A DNA stretch of 64,000 nt from the sequence record NZ_CP086424.1. One strand, given 5' to 3'. Numbering within the stretch: position 1 is the stretch's first letter; each line of letters starts with the position of its first letter. Positions 1-12,095 of this stretch are shown here, piece after piece. This stretch comes from a plasmid. The notes under the pieces are model-generated. The model did no database searches. It was not told the origin of the DNA and worked only from the letters and a program-made list of their open reading frames with translations. The position numbers and the translations under genes were made by a program.

Positions 1-185
1 TCCTGGGTGAAGAGAGTCTGCACGGCTTGACCGTTGCCAGTGATGACAAGAGCTACGCTGGCTACAGACGAGAACTTCTCCGGGGAGCTATCCAGCAAAC
101 CAGGGACTTTTTCTCTCGCCACCTCAAAGCGGCATAACAAGGCAGGGGGAAACCCCTGCTTTACTTCCCAAGTCTTCTTACTCAT
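1..185 (-). CDS. hypothetical protein, 5' part only (runs off the window start)
   Basis: Minus-strand reading frame from ATG at 185-183 (MSKKTWEVKQGFPPALLCRFEVAREKVPGLLDSSPEKF...) with no stop before position 1. Looks more protein-like than the opposing 34..285 ORF. Confidence 0.3.
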   Translation of the reverse strand, partial: MSKKTWEVKQGFPPALLCRFEVAREKVPGLLDSSPEKFSSVASVALVITGNGQAVQTLFTQ

Positions 186-595
186 GGTGAATACCATCAG
201 TAAGCAGATTTTGTTCTCTTCGGAGAGCGAAAAGTGCGATAGCTGGTCGCCAAAAACAAACAGCAAATTAACGTTAATTTATTAATCCCTGCGGGAGTCT
301 ATCTCCTGCTGGAGATACCTCCCGTTATTTCTGGAGGTATCCATGAACAAATTCCAAGACTTTAAGTTGGTTTATCGTCAAGGTGGTCGTCGCTTAGAGC
401 GTGTCTTTACGGACACTCTTTACGCGAATGTGAAGCGTGTCGCTGACTCGTTTCCTCCGACCGTTCTTTGGCGCATTCAGCCAGCGTAAAACTCGGAACC
501 TTAAAGCTCGGCTTTGGCCGTGACCTTTCAATAACCCATGCGGGTACACTTCCCCGCACGGGGTAGGTGTACCCATTAACTTTGGAGTACACCTT

Positions 596-982
596 ATGAA
601 CCAAGTAGCTAAATTGGACCTCGCCCAAATCCGTCAACAAGCCATCAATGATGGTCTGCTGGTGGACCAATCTTCCATCGGTAAACAAGCTGGTTTCCTG
701 ACCAATGTGGCAGTGACCCCGGCAATTGTCGATGGAGTATTTGGTGCAGATGGTAAGCACTCGGTAGAAGACTTCCTTTTCATGTTTTTGCAGCTTTGTG
801 TTGCTCAAACAAAGGTCGCTTTTACCGACAACAAGAATTGGGGAAAGATTCGTCTTTATTACCCCATGCCCACTGTAGATGGCTTTTTCAAACCCACTGA
901 GGTTGTGATTAAGTCAGATCCTGTAACCGCAGATGTCACAATCATGATGGCCTCGGAAGAGGGCGCTCATTTGTGCTTGTGA
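596..982 (+). CDS. hypothetical protein (128 aa)
   Basis: ORF with GGAG about 9 nt upstream of the ATG. No recognisable domain. Confidence 0.45.
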   Translation: MNQVAKLDLAQIRQQAINDGLLVDQSSIGKQAGFLTNVAVTPAIVDGVFGADGKHSVEDFLFMFLQLCVAQTKVAFTDNKNWGKIRLYYPMPTVDGFFKPTEVVIKSDPVTADVTIMMASEEGAHLCL

Positions 983-1159
983 TATTCACAAAATTCGCCT
1001 CCGTTTCGGGGGCGACCTTTTTAAACCCCTCGCCGGGGAGAACTCCCCGGCTGGGGAGCCTCCTTGGCACATTCTCCCGGTGTCGGGGTTTCCTTAAAAC
1101 CCTGGCGACGGGGGTTTAAGGAAGCCTCGATGCTGGGGTTCACGCTAAGGAGAAAACCT

Positions 1160-2887
1160 ATGTCTTACTACAAAGCTGACACCGTTCGTGAAGCTGCAAA
1201 CGGAAACTGGCTATTCATCCTGGCGGCCCTAGCGCCCCATCTTGAACCAGCTCTCCGTAAACCTGGTCGTCATGTTTCTTGTCCTATCCACGGCGGGAAA
1301 GATGGCTTCCGACTGTTCAAGGATGCCCACCTGACTGGTGGCGGCGTATGCAATACATGCGGTGCCAATCATGATGGTTTTGAGCTGCTGATGTGGCTCA
1401 ATAACTGGGACTTTAAACAGTGCCTGAGCGAGGTTGGTGATTATCTGGGCGTTGAGAAAGAGCAACCCCAGTATCAACAAGCCGCTGCACCGACACGAGC
1501 TCCTGTCCAGGCCAAAGCGCCTGTTCAGCAAGAGCCTATGAAGGTGAATAACAAGGTTCTCGATTCCAAGAATCGTAAAAAATCCATTGCCGGTACTCTG
1601 ATTGCCCACGGTAAAGCTCCTTATGAGCATAACGAAGACAACGAGCTCAGCTACTTTGCCTTCATCCGTGACAAGAGCGGTTTGGAACGCACCATCTGGG
1701 GCGTGGATCTTGAAAGAGCCATTGGTGAAAGTGAAGCCAAGTATGGGGATGAGATCGTCATGACAAACCTCGGGCGCGAGCCTGTAACTGTCGTCGTTGA
1801 AGTTAAGGACGAGCAGGGGAATGTTGTGAGAGAACAACCTATGCAAACGCATCGCAACACCTGGCTGGTGGAACGTCGCGGCGCTACGGTAACGCAGTTC
1901 CGCGCTCGCTCGAACGGTGGTGTTGAGCCGGTGAGTCACCATGTTGAGTCGGCCCCTGTGGTCAACCGCAAGGTAGAAACTCCGGCACCGCAAGTACAAC
2001 CTGCGGCCACACAACCGGAAGAGCAAAGCAGCGAAAATAAGCCGAAAGTTGTTCCGATGTTTCGTGAACAACCTAAGCCTTGGTTGCTTGAGCTCCAAGA
2101 AGAAATGGAGAAGAGAATGGAGCGCGAACGCGCTTACAGTGCTCGTCTCCGTGAGAAAATCGAGAAGGTATGGAACGAGTGTTTGCCGTTCTCCAGTCAT
2201 GTGACTGAGCCAATGCGTCTGTACTTCAAAAACCGCGAGCTGCTGTTCAAAGTTGATGAAGTAGAAAAAACAGACTGTCTGCGGTTCAATCCGGCTATGG
2301 CCTACTACGACGAAGATGGCAATGAAGTTGGGAAATTCCCGGCTATCGTCTGCGCTATCCGAGATGTGGAAGGCAACCTGGTAACGCTCCACCGCACCTA
2401 TCTCACCCAAAACGGTAAAAAAGCCAAGGTCGGCAACGCCAAAAAGATGATGCCCATTCCTGACGGTTTGGATGTCAATGGCGCGGCCATCCGCCTCGGT
2501 GAACCGACTGAGGGTATCCTGGGTGTTGCAGAAGGGCTGGAAACAGCTCTGTCAGCTTATCGAGTCACTCAAATCCCGGTTTGGTCAACGGTCAATGCCA
2601 CCCTAATGGAGTCCTTCGAGGTTCCAGAAGGTGTTCACACCGTACTGATCTGGGCTGACAAAGATAAGTCTGTGACTGGGGAGAAGTCAGCGAACGTGCT
2701 GAAAGCCAAGCTGGAGAAGCGCGGCATTCGTGTGTACGTCCTGCTGCCTAAGCTCCCGATCCCGCCCAGAGCGAAAGGGATTGACTGGAACGATGTCCTG
2801 ATGAGTCAGGGAAGCCTCGGTTTCCCGAATGCTCGCTACCTGCGCGATTTCATTGCGAGAAGGAGAGCTGAGTATGGCCGTCATTGA
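1160..2887 (+). CDS. primase-like protein (Cys/His zinc-binding N-terminus, C-terminal TOPRIM-like EGxE..D motifs)
   Basis: AAGGAG 8 nt upstream of ATG 1160. N-terminal CPIHGGKDGFRLF...GGGVCNTCG zinc-ribbon like phage P4-type primases. C-terminal VAEGLETALSA / WADKD TOPRIM-like motifs. Pro/Ala/Gln low-complexity linkers. Confidence 0.65.
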   Translation: MSYYKADTVREAANGNWLFILAALAPHLEPALRKPGRHVSCPIHGGKDGFRLFKDAHLTGGGVCNTCGANHDGFELLMWLNNWDFKQCLSEVGDYLGVEKEQPQYQQAAAPTRAPVQAKAPVQQEPMKVNNKVLDSKNRKKSIAGTLIAHGKAPYEHNEDNELSYFAFIRDKSGLERTIWGVDLERAIGESEAKYGDEIVMTNLGREPVTVVVEVKDEQGNVVREQPMQTHRNTWLVERRGATVTQFRARSNGGVEPVSHHVESAPVVNRKVETPAPQVQPAATQPEEQSSENKPKVVPMFREQPKPWLLELQEEMEKRMERERAYSARLREKIEKVWNECLPFSSHVTEPMRLYFKNRELLFKVDEVEKTDCLRFNPAMAYYDEDGNEVGKFPAIVCAIRDVEGNLVTLHRTYLTQNGKKAKVGNAKKMMPIPDGLDVNGAAIRLGEPTEGILGVAEGLETALSAYRVTQIPVWSTVNATLMESFEVPEGVHTVLIWADKDKSVTGEKSANVLKAKLEKRGIRVYVLLPKLPIPPRAKGIDWNDVLMSQGSLGFPNARYLRDFIARRRAEYGRH

Positions 2888-3152
2888 TGTCTCGAAGGTT
2901 GATACAACGCCTGGTAACGACGCGGTGTGCCCCTTCTCTCCCCCTGAGGGGTGGGAGGGGGACTCTGCGGCCTACGTTGAGCTTATGCGGTCTCGGTATC
3001 GTCATCTGATGCACGGCCAGAGAATGATGGTGACAGCCTCCTTCGCAAGAAGGGAGCCTATCCAAGTTACTGGCCCGTTTGCTGATGAAGCGACGAAGAT
3101 CATTAACTCAATGAAGATGAACAAGGCGAAGCCAACAGCTTTGTCTGCCTAA
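2874..3152 (+). CDS. hypothetical protein (92 aa)
   Basis: AGGAGAG RBS then ATG at 2874. Overlaps the stop of the primase-like gene (operon-like). Confidence 0.4.
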   Translation: MAVIDVSKVDTTPGNDAVCPFSPPEGWEGDSAAYVELMRSRYRHLMHGQRMMVTASFARREPIQVTGPFADEATKIINSMKMNKAKPTALSA

Positions 3153-3224
3153 AACTTTAACCCTGAGGGGGTGTTCATGCCCTCTCAGGCATGATTCGCC
3201 TCCTCTTCAACTATGGAGGTAATC

Positions 3225-3350
3225 ATGAAAAAGTTTTTGCGTATTAAGACGTGGTTTGTGCGTCTTTTCTCTCCTGACAAGAAGACTCTGGGAGCTATCG
3301 GTGAAGACCTGCGTAAGGTCGCCGTAACAGCCATCGGTGTCGGTATTGTA
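3225..3350 (+). pseudogene. 5' fragment of small membrane-protein gene interrupted by transposon insertion
   Basis: GGAGG RBS, MKKFLRIKTWFVRLF... The frame runs straight into the transposon IR at 3351. The in-frame remainder is found after the right IR (36044..36157). Confidence 0.55.
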
Positions 3351-3372
3351 GGGGTCGTCTCAGAAAACGGAA

Positions 3373-4699
3373 TCTATGGTCACTCCCGTTTTTGCAACAC
3401 CGATTTTGACGACAAGTTGGCTTGCTTGAATCTATCCGGCGTCTGAATGGGATTTTATTCCCGCGCCTTGATGAGTTCCGCGCCTGATGAACCTCCAGAA
3501 AATATACGGCTTCAATGAGCCTTTCCGTTTTACAGGTTCCTCAACAGGCCGGTGGGCCGTTAGTATCATCAATATCAGTATTCGCAAAACCAGATCAGTA
3601 ATTCTTTAAACCGGTGTATTTCTGCCGTTATGCTACATAAGTTTGCTGTCGTGCCGTTAGGGCCCAGGCTATTCTGGCCAGCTTGTTTTCCAGAGCACAA
3701 GTGACGACAAAGTTGCTTTTCCGGCACAGTAAATCCCTGACCCAATCGGCCAATTTGCCAGACTGGTGTTCCAGTTTTTGTATGAATACCCTGGCACATT
3801 GAACCAACAAAGTTCGGATCTTTTTATTACCTCGCTTACTAATTCCCAGCAATGTCGTCCTACCTCCCGTGCTGTACTGCCGAGGTACAAGCCCTGTTGC
3901 CGCCGCAAAGTCACGGCTGCTGGCGTACTGCTTCCCGTCGCCAATCTCAGTTGAAATAGTACTCGCTGTCAGTGTTCCGACGCAGGGAATGCTCAGCAAG
4001 CGCTGTCCAACCTCATCTTCGTCCAACTTTCGTTTCAACTGGGATTCCAAATCTTTAATCTGCTCAACAAGATAGTGATAATGCTGTTGTAATTTCAGCA
4101 ATAACTGGCTGAGGTAAAGAGGCAAACTATTATCCTCAAGAATGGTACTCAGTCGGCTAATAACGGCAGCTCCTCGGGGAACGCTAATGCCAAATTCCAG
4201 CAGAAAAGCATGCATTTGATTGGTTGTTTTTACCTTATCCTGAACCAGGGATTCACGGACACGATGCAGAGCCCGCATTGCCTGCTGAGATTCCGTTCTG
4301 GGCTGCACAAAACGCATAGACGGACGCGATGCAGCTTCACAAATAGCTTCGGCGTCGACAAAGTCGTTTTTATTGCTTTTAACGAACGGGCGGACAAATT
4401 GTGGTGATATCAGCTTTGGGGAATGCCCCAACTCTTCCAACTTGCGTGCCATAAAGTGAGAACCGCCACAGGCTTCCATTGCGATGGTTGTAGCGGGGCA
4501 TGTCGCCAAAAATTCGATCAACTTTGGCCGGGTAAATTTTTTACGGTAAACAGCCTTCCCGCGACGATCCTGGCAATGAATATGGAAAGAGTTTTTACCC
4601 AGATCGATACCAATGAGCGCAATGTTTTCCATGATAGTTCTCCGAATGAAAGCCTGTCCTCAGCATAGTACCGGGAAGGAGGGAGTGACCATCTCATTA
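3373..4699 (-). mobile_element. IS4321/IS5075-like IS (IS110 family, IS1111 group), 1327 bp, inserted between bp 22 and 23 of the mer-end IR
   Basis: Exactly 1327 bp separate the two IR halves. It encodes a 334-aa IS110-family transposase. An identical inverted copy lies at the other IR. Confidence 0.85.
3628..4632 (-). CDS. IS110-family transposase (334 aa)
   Basis: MENIALIGIDLGKNSFHIHCQDRRGKAVY... typical IS110/IS1111 DEDD transposase. Identical to 34757..35761. Confidence 0.9.
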   Translation of the reverse strand: MENIALIGIDLGKNSFHIHCQDRRGKAVYRKKFTRPKLIEFLATCPATTIAMEACGGSHFMARKLEELGHSPKLISPQFVRPFVKSNKNDFVDAEAICEAASRPSMRFVQPRTESQQAMRALHRVRESLVQDKVKTTNQMHAFLLEFGISVPRGAAVISRLSTILEDNSLPLYLSQLLLKLQQHYHYLVEQIKDLESQLKRKLDEDEVGQRLLSIPCVGTLTASTISTEIGDGKQYASSRDFAAATGLVPRQYSTGGRTTLLGISKRGNKKIRTLLVQCARVFIQKLEHQSGKLADWVRDLLCRKSNFVVTCALENKLARIAWALTARQQTYVA

Positions 4700-4710
4700 A
4701 ATAAAGCACG

Positions 4711-5146
4711 CTAAGGCATAGCTGACCTTGCCAGGCCTGCTTCGCCCTGTAGTGACGCGATCAACGGGCAGGAAACATTCCCCTTTCGTGCATGGCAGGC
4801 GCACACGAGTTCAGACAGCACGGTTTCCATGCGCGCCAAGTCGGCCATCTTCTCGCGCACGTCCTTGAGCTTGTGTTCGGCCAGGCTGCTGGCCTCCTCG
4901 CAGTGGGTGCCATCGTCGAGCCGCAACAGCTCGGCAATCTCGTCCAGACTGAACCCCAGCCGCTGTGCCGATTTCACGAATTTCACCCGAACCACGTCCG
5001 CCTCCCCATAGCGGCGGATGCTGCCGTAAGGCTTTGTCCGGTTCCCGCAACAGGCCCTTGCGCTGATAGAAGCGGATTGTCTCCACGTTGACCCCGGCCG
5101 CCTTGGCAAAAACGCCAATGGTCAGGTTTTCCAAATTATTTTCCAT
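4711..5146 (-). pseudogene. merR: merR, mercuric-resistance regulator, apparently frameshifted (+1 nt)
   Basis: The N-terminus [33 protein letters not shown] is in one frame (ORF 4811..5281). The C-terminus [37 protein letters not shown]...[19 protein letters not shown] is in another (ORF 4711..5118). Span is 436 nt, not 435. The shift is near 5035-5045. Confidence 0.8.
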
Positions 5147-5151
5147 ATCGC

Positions 5152-5182
5152 TTGACTCCGTACATGAGTACGGAAGTAAGGT
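5152..5182 (+). promoter_or_regulatory. mer operator/promoter (PmerT -35 TTGACT, MerR dyad TCCGTACATGAGTACGGA, -10 TAAGGT with 19-bp spacer)
   Basis: Exact dyad at 5157-5174 between divergent merR and merT. Confidence 0.85.
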
Positions 5183-5217
5183 TACGCTATCCAATCCAAA
5201 TTCAAAAGGGCCAACGT

Positions 5218-5568
5218 ATGTCTGAACCACAAAACGGGCGCGGTGCGCTCTTCGCCGGCGGGCTGGCCGCCATTCTTGCATCGACCTGCTGCCTGGGGCC
5301 GCTAGTACTGGTCGCCCTGGGCTTCTCCGGTGCTTGGATCGGCAACCTGACGGTGCTGGAACCCTATCGACCGTTGTTCATCGGCGCGGCGCTAGTGGCG
5401 CTGTTCTTCGCCTGGAAGCGGATTTACCGGCCCGTGCAGGCATGCAAGCCAGGTGAGGTCTGCGCGATTCCGCAGGTGCGCGCCACCTACAAGCTGATTT
5501 TCTGGATCGTGGCCGTGCTGGTCCTGGTCGCGCTTGGATTTCCCTATGTCGTTCCATTTTTCTATTAA
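5218..5568 (+). CDS. merT: mercuric ion transport protein MerT (116 aa)
   Basis: [31 protein letters not shown]... Confidence 0.95.
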
Positions 5569-5581
5569 CCAGGAGTTCATC

Positions 5582-5857
5582 ATGAAGAAACTGTTTGCCT
5601 CCCTTGCCCTCGCCGCCGCTGTTGCCCCGGTGTGGGCCGCTACCCAGACCGTCACGCTAGCGGTTCCCGGCATGACTTGCGCCGCCTGCCCGATCACAGT
5701 CAAGAAAGCGCTCTCCAAGGTCGAAGGCGTGAGCAAGGTCGATGTGGGCTTCGAGAAGCGCGAGGCCGTCGTCACTTTTGACGACACCAAGGCCAGCGTA
5801 CAGAAGCTGACCAAGGCCACCGCAGACGCCGGCTATCCGTCCAGCGTCAAGCAGTGA
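5582..5857 (+). CDS. merP: periplasmic mercury-binding protein MerP (91 aa)
   Basis: Signal peptide plus GMTCAAC heavy-metal-associated motif. Confidence 0.95.
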   Translation: MKKLFASLALAAAVAPVWAATQTVTLAVPGMTCAACPITVKKALSKVEGVSKVDVGFEKREAVVTFDDTKASVQKLTKATADAGYPSSVKQ

Positions 5858-5892
5858 GCCAGCAAGCCAACGACAACAGCGAGAGCCGCTTC

Positions 5893-6315
5893 ATGGGACT
5901 GATGACACGCATTGCCGATAAAACCGGCGCGCTCGGCAGCGTCGTTTCCGCGATGGGCTGCGCCGCCTGCTTTCCAGCCCTCGCCAGCTTCGGCGCGGCC
6001 ATCGGGCTGGGCTTCTTGAGCCAGTACGAGGGACTGTTCATCAGCCGCCTGCTGCCGCTGTTTGCCGCGCTGGCCTTCCTGGCGAACGCGCTGGGTTGGT
6101 TCAGTCATCGGCAATGGCTGCGCAGTCTGCTCGGCATGATCGGCCCGGCCATCGTGTTTGCGGCCACGGTCTGGCTGCTCGGCAACTGGTGGACGGCGAA
6201 CCTGATGTACGTCGGCCTGGCCTTGATGATTGGGGTGTCGATCTGGGACTTCGTGTCGCCGGCGCATCGCCGTTGCGGACCGGACGGCTGCGAACTCCCC
6301 GCCAAGCGCTTGTGA
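5893..6315 (+). CDS. merC: mercury transporter MerC (140 aa)
   Basis: MGLMTRIADKTGALGSVVSAMGCAACFPALASFG... Tn21-type MerC. Confidence 0.9.
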   Translation: MGLMTRIADKTGALGSVVSAMGCAACFPALASFGAAIGLGFLSQYEGLFISRLLPLFAALAFLANALGWFSHRQWLRSLLGMIGPAIVFAATVWLLGNWWTANLMYVGLALMIGVSIWDFVSPAHRRCGPDGCELPAKRL

Positions 6316-8061
<1,746 letters not shown>

Positions 8062-8078
8062 GGACAAGGAGGTGTGCG

Positions 8079-8441
8079 ATGAGCGCCTACACGGTATCGC
8101 AACTGGCCCATAACGCTGGGGTGAGCGTACATATCGTGCGCGACTACCTGGTGCGCGGCTTGTTACGGCCGGTGGCCTGCACCACGGGCGGCTACGGCGT
8201 GTTCGACGATGCGGCCTTGCAACGGCTGTGCTTCGTGCGCGCGGCCTTCGAGGCGGGTATCGGCCTGGATGCCCTGGCGCGGCTGTGCCGTGCGCTCGAC
8301 GCAGCGGACGGCGCACAAGCCGCAGCGCAGCTTGCCGTGCTGCGCCAGTTGGTCGAGCGGCGGCGCGCGGCGTTGGCCCATCTGGACGCGCAACTGGCCT
8401 CCATGCCAGCCGAGCGGGCGCACGAGGAGGCATTGCCGTGA
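8079..8441 (+). CDS. merD: MerD co-regulator (120 aa)
   Basis: [31 protein letters not shown], a MerR-family HTH. Confidence 0.9.
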   Translation: MSAYTVSQLAHNAGVSVHIVRDYLVRGLLRPVACTTGGYGVFDDAALQRLCFVRAAFEAGIGLDALARLCRALDAADGAQAAAQLAVLRQLVERRRAALAHLDAQLASMPAERAHEEALP

Positions 8442-8674
8442 ACGCCCCTGACAAACTGCCGCCCGAGACGCGCCAACCCGTTTCCGGCTACCTGTGGGGT
8501 GCGCTGGCCGTGTTGACCTGCCCCTGCCATCTGCCGATTCTCGCCGCCGTGCTGGCCGGGACGACCGCCGGTGCCTTCCTTGGCGAGCATTGGGGTGTTG
8601 CCGCGCTCGCGCTGACCGGCTTGTTCGTTCTGGCCGTAACGCGGCTGCTGCGCGCCTTCCGGGGCGGATCATGA
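8438..8674 (+). CDS. merE: MerE (78 aa, GTG start overlapping the merD stop)
   Basis: [41 protein letters not shown]... Confidence 0.85.
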   Translation: MNAPDKLPPETRQPVSGYLWGALAVLTCPCHLPILAAVLAGTTAGAFLGEHWGVAALALTGLFVLAVTRLLRAFRGGS

Positions 8675-9378
8675 CGAGTTCGCAGCCCGCCGGATGGACG
8701 GCGGCCGAGTTGGCGCAGGCGGCGGCGCGCGGACAGCTTGACCTGCATTACCAGCCGCTGGTCGATCTGCGCGATCACCGGATCGCTGGCGCGGAAGCGT
8801 TGATGCGCTGGCGGCATCCGAGGCTTGGCCTGTTGCCGCCCGGCCAGTTCCTGCCGCTGGCCGAGTCGTTCGGCCTGATGCCGGAAATAGGCGCGTGGGT
8901 GCTGGGCGAGGCCTGTCGCCAGATGCACAAGTGGCAAGGACCGGCATGGCAACCGTTCCGTCTTGCCATCAATGTGTCCGCCAGCCAGGTTGGGCCAACG
9001 TTCGACGACGAGGTAAAGCGGGTGCTGGCCGATATGGCCCTGCCCGCCGAGCTTCTGGAGATCGAACTGACCGAATCGGTCGCATTCGGCAATCCAGCCC
9101 TGTTCGCCAGTTTCGACGCCTTGCGCGCCATCGGCGTGCGCTTCGCCGCCGACGACTTCGGCACCGGCTATTCCTGCCTGCAACATCTGAAATGCTGCCC
9201 CATCACCACATTGAAAATCGACCAATCCTTTGTCGCCAGGCTCCCGGATGATGCCCGTGACCAAACTATCGTGCGGGCGGTGATCCAGCTCGCGCACGGG
9301 CTGGGCATGGATGTCATTTTCAGAAGACGACTGCACCAGTTGATTGGGCGTAATGGCTGTTGTGCAGCCAGCTCCTGA
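8671..9378 (+). CDS. urf2: urf2 (EAL-domain protein), 3'-truncated by the integron IRt
   Basis: [50 protein letters not shown]... is an EAL phosphodiesterase fold. The reading frame loses EAL similarity at GMDV, where IRt (9312) begins. ATGA overlaps merE. Confidence 0.8.
   Translation: MTSSQPAGWTAAELAQAAARGQLDLHYQPLVDLRDHRIAGAEALMRWRHPRLGLLPPGQFLPLAESFGLMPEIGAWVLGEACRQMHKWQGPAWQPFRLAINVSASQVGPTFDDEVKRVLADMALPAELLEIELTESVAFGNPALFASFDALRAIGVRFAADDFGTGYSCLQHLKCCPITTLKIDQSFVARLPDDARDQTIVRAVIQLAHGLGMDVIFRRRLHQLIGRNGCCAASS
9312..9336 (+). repeat. class 1 integron/Tn402 terminal inverted repeat IRt
   Basis: TGTCATTTTCAGAAGACGACTGCAC. Confidence 0.85.
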
Positions 9379-9452
9379 CAGTTCAATATCAGAAGTGATC
9401 TGCACCAATCTCGACTATGCTCAATACTCGTGTGCACCAAAGCGAGGTGAGC

Positions 9453-11132
9453 ATGGCGACGGACACCCCACGGATTCCAGAACAAGGCGTGGCCACTCTG
9501 CCTGATGAGGCTTGGGAGCGTGCGCGCCGTCGTGCGGAGATCATCAGTCCGTTGGCGCAGTCGGAGACGGTCGGGCACGAAGCGGCCGATATGGCGGCTC
9601 AGGCGCTGGGCTTGTCTCGGCGCCAGGTATACGTTCTGATCCGGCGTGCCCGGCAAGGCAGCGGCCTCGTGACGGATCTGGTGCCCGGCCAGTCCGGTGG
9701 AGGTAAAGGTAAGGGGCGCTTGCCGGAACCGGTCGAGCGCGTCATCCACGAGCTACTGCAAAAGCGGTTCCTGACCAAGCAGAAGCGCAGCCTAGCGGCC
9801 TTTCACCGCGAAGTCACTCAGGTGTGCAAGGCTCAAAAACTGCGAGTGCCGGCGCGCAATACCGTGGCCTTACGGATCGCTAGCCTTGACCCGCGCAAGG
9901 TCATCCGCCGGCGGGAAGGCCAGGATGCCGCTCGTGACCTACAAGGTGTGGGCGGCGAGCCTCCTGCCGTGACCGCGCCGCTGGAGCAGGTGCAGATAGA
10001 CCATACGGTCATCGACCTGATCGTGGTCGATGACCGCGACCGGCAACCTATTGGCCGCCCGTACCTGACCCTCGCCATCGACGTGTTCACCCGCTGCGTG
10101 CTCGGCATGGTCGTCACGCTGGAAGCGCCGTCTGCCGTTTCGGTTGGCCTGTGCCTCGTGCATGTCGCCTGCGACAAGCGCCCTTGGCTGGAAGGACTGA
10201 ACGTGGAAATGGATTGGCAGATGAGCGGCAAGCCCTTGCTGCTCTACCTAGACAACGCGGCCGAGTTCAAGAGCGAGGCCCTGCGCCGGGGTTGCGAGCA
10301 GCATGGCATCCGGCTGGACTATCGCCCGCTGGGACAGCCGCACTATGGCGGCATCGTGGAACGGATCATCGGCACGGCGATGCAGATGATTCACGACGAA
10401 CTGCCGGGAACGACCTTCTCCAACCCTGACCAGCGCGGCGACTACGATTCCGAAAACAAGGCCGCCCTGACGCTGCGCGAGCTAGAGCGCTGGCTCACAT
10501 TGGCGGTCGGCACCTACCACGGTTCGGTGCACAACGGCCTGCTCCAACCGCCGGCCGCGCGCTGGGCCGAGGCCGTGGCGCGTGTCGGCGTACCGGCCGT
10601 CGTCACACGCGCTACTTCGTTCCTGGTCGATTTTCTGCCGATCCTCCGGCGCACGCTGACCCGCACCGGCTTTGTCATCGACCACATCCACTACTACGCC
10701 GATGCGCTCAAGCCGTGGATTGCGCGGCGTGAACGCTGGCCGTCCTTTCTGATCCGGCGCGATCCGCGCGACATCAGCCGTATCTGGGTCCTGGAACCGG
10801 AGGGACAGCATTACCTGGAAATTCCCTACCGTACCTTGTCGCATCCGGCTGTCACCCTCTGGGAACAACGGCAGGCGCTGGCGAAACTGCGGCAGCAAGG
10901 GCGCGAACAGGTGGATGAGTCGGCGCTGTTCCGCATGATCGGCCAGATGCGTGAGATTGTGACCAGCGCGCAGAAGGCCACACGCAAGGCGCGGCGTGAC
11001 GCGGATCGCCGCCAGCACCTCAAGACATCAGCTCGGCCGGACAAGCCCGTTCCGCCGGATACGGATATTGCCGACCCGCAGGCAGACAACTTGCCACCCG
11101 CCAAACCGTTCGACCAGATTGAGGAGTGGTAG
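9453..11132 (+). CDS. tniA: Tn402-family transposase TniA (559 aa)
   Basis: MATDTPRIPEQGVATLPDEAWERARRRAEIISPLAQ... DDE transposase. Confidence 0.92.
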   Translation: MATDTPRIPEQGVATLPDEAWERARRRAEIISPLAQSETVGHEAADMAAQALGLSRRQVYVLIRRARQGSGLVTDLVPGQSGGGKGKGRLPEPVERVIHELLQKRFLTKQKRSLAAFHREVTQVCKAQKLRVPARNTVALRIASLDPRKVIRRREGQDAARDLQGVGGEPPAVTAPLEQVQIDHTVIDLIVVDDRDRQPIGRPYLTLAIDVFTRCVLGMVVTLEAPSAVSVGLCLVHVACDKRPWLEGLNVEMDWQMSGKPLLLYLDNAAEFKSEALRRGCEQHGIRLDYRPLGQPHYGGIVERIIGTAMQMIHDELPGTTFSNPDQRGDYDSENKAALTLRELERWLTLAVGTYHGSVHNGLLQPPAARWAEAVARVGVPAVVTRATSFLVDFLPILRRTLTRTGFVIDHIHYYADALKPWIARRERWPSFLIRRDPRDISRIWVLEPEGQHYLEIPYRTLSHPAVTLWEQRQALAKLRQQGREQVDESALFRMIGQMREIVTSAQKATRKARRDADRRQHLKTSARPDKPVPPDTDIADPQADNLPPAKPFDQIEEW

Positions 11133-11134
11133 CC

Positions 11135-11989
11135 GTGGACGAATATCCCATCATCGACCTGTCCCACCTGCTGCCGGCGGCCCAGGGCTTGGCCCGTCTT
11201 CCGGCGGACGAGCGCATCCAGCGCCTTCGCGCCGACCGCTGGATCGGCTATCCGCGCGCAGTCGAGGCGCTGAACCGGCTGGAAGCCCTTTATGCGTGGC
11301 CAAACAAGCAACGCATGCCCAACCTGCTGCTGGTTGGCCCGACCAACAATGGCAAGTCGATGATCGTCGAGAAGTTCCGCCGCACCCACCCGGCCAGCTC
11401 CGACGCCGACCAGGAGCACATCCCGGTGTTGGTCGTGCAGATGCCGTCCGAGCCGTCCGTGATCCGCTTCTACGTCGCGCTGCTCGCCGCGATGGGCGCG
11501 CCGCTGCGCCCACGCCCACGGTTGCCGGAAATGGAGCAACTGGCTCTGGCACTGCTGCGCAAGGTCGGCGTGCGCATGCTGGTGATCGACGAGCTGCACA
11601 ACGTGCTGGCCGGCAACAGCGTCAACCGCCGGGAATTCCTCAACCTGCTGCGCTTCCTCGGCAACGAACTGCGCATCCCGTTGGTTGGGGTAGGCACGCG
11701 CGACGCCTACCTAGCCATCCGCTCCGATGACCAGTTGGAAAATCGCTTCGAGCCGATGATGCTGCCGGTATGGGAGGCCAACGACGATTGCTGCTCACTG
11801 CTGGCCAGCTTCGCCGCTTCGCTCCCGCTGCGCCGGCCTTCCCCAATTGCCACGCTGGACATGGCTCGCTACCTGCTCACACGCAGCGAGGGCACCATAG
11901 GGGAACTGGCGCACTTGCTGATGGCGGCGGCCATCGTCGCCGTGGAGAGCGGCGAGGAAGCGATCAACCATCGCACACTCAGCATGGCC
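11135..11989 (+). pseudogene. tniB: tniB-delta (AAA+ ATPase TniB, 3'-truncated after about 285 codons)
   Basis: VDEYPIIDLSHLLPAAQG...LLLVGPTNNGKSMI (Walker A)...EEAINHRTLSMA. After this the frame continues as unrelated sequence to 12127. Confidence 0.8.
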
Positions 11990-12095
11990 TGTCGACAACC
12001 TCTCGCGCAACCAAGACATCGCGGTCGGACTGCAAGTGATCTTGAAGCCACGGGCCCGTCCCACCCCGACATGGACCTCGATGCCCGAACGGACG

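Noticed and set aside
34-285. 83-aa plus-strand ORF at window start
   Set aside because: Low-complexity S/T/K-rich translation. The opposing minus-strand frame, running off the window, looks more protein-like.
1229-2410. 393-aa ORF on the minus strand inside the primase-like gene
   Set aside because: It is antisense to a well-supported coding frame. The composition is typical of shadow ORFs, and there is no RBS or domain.
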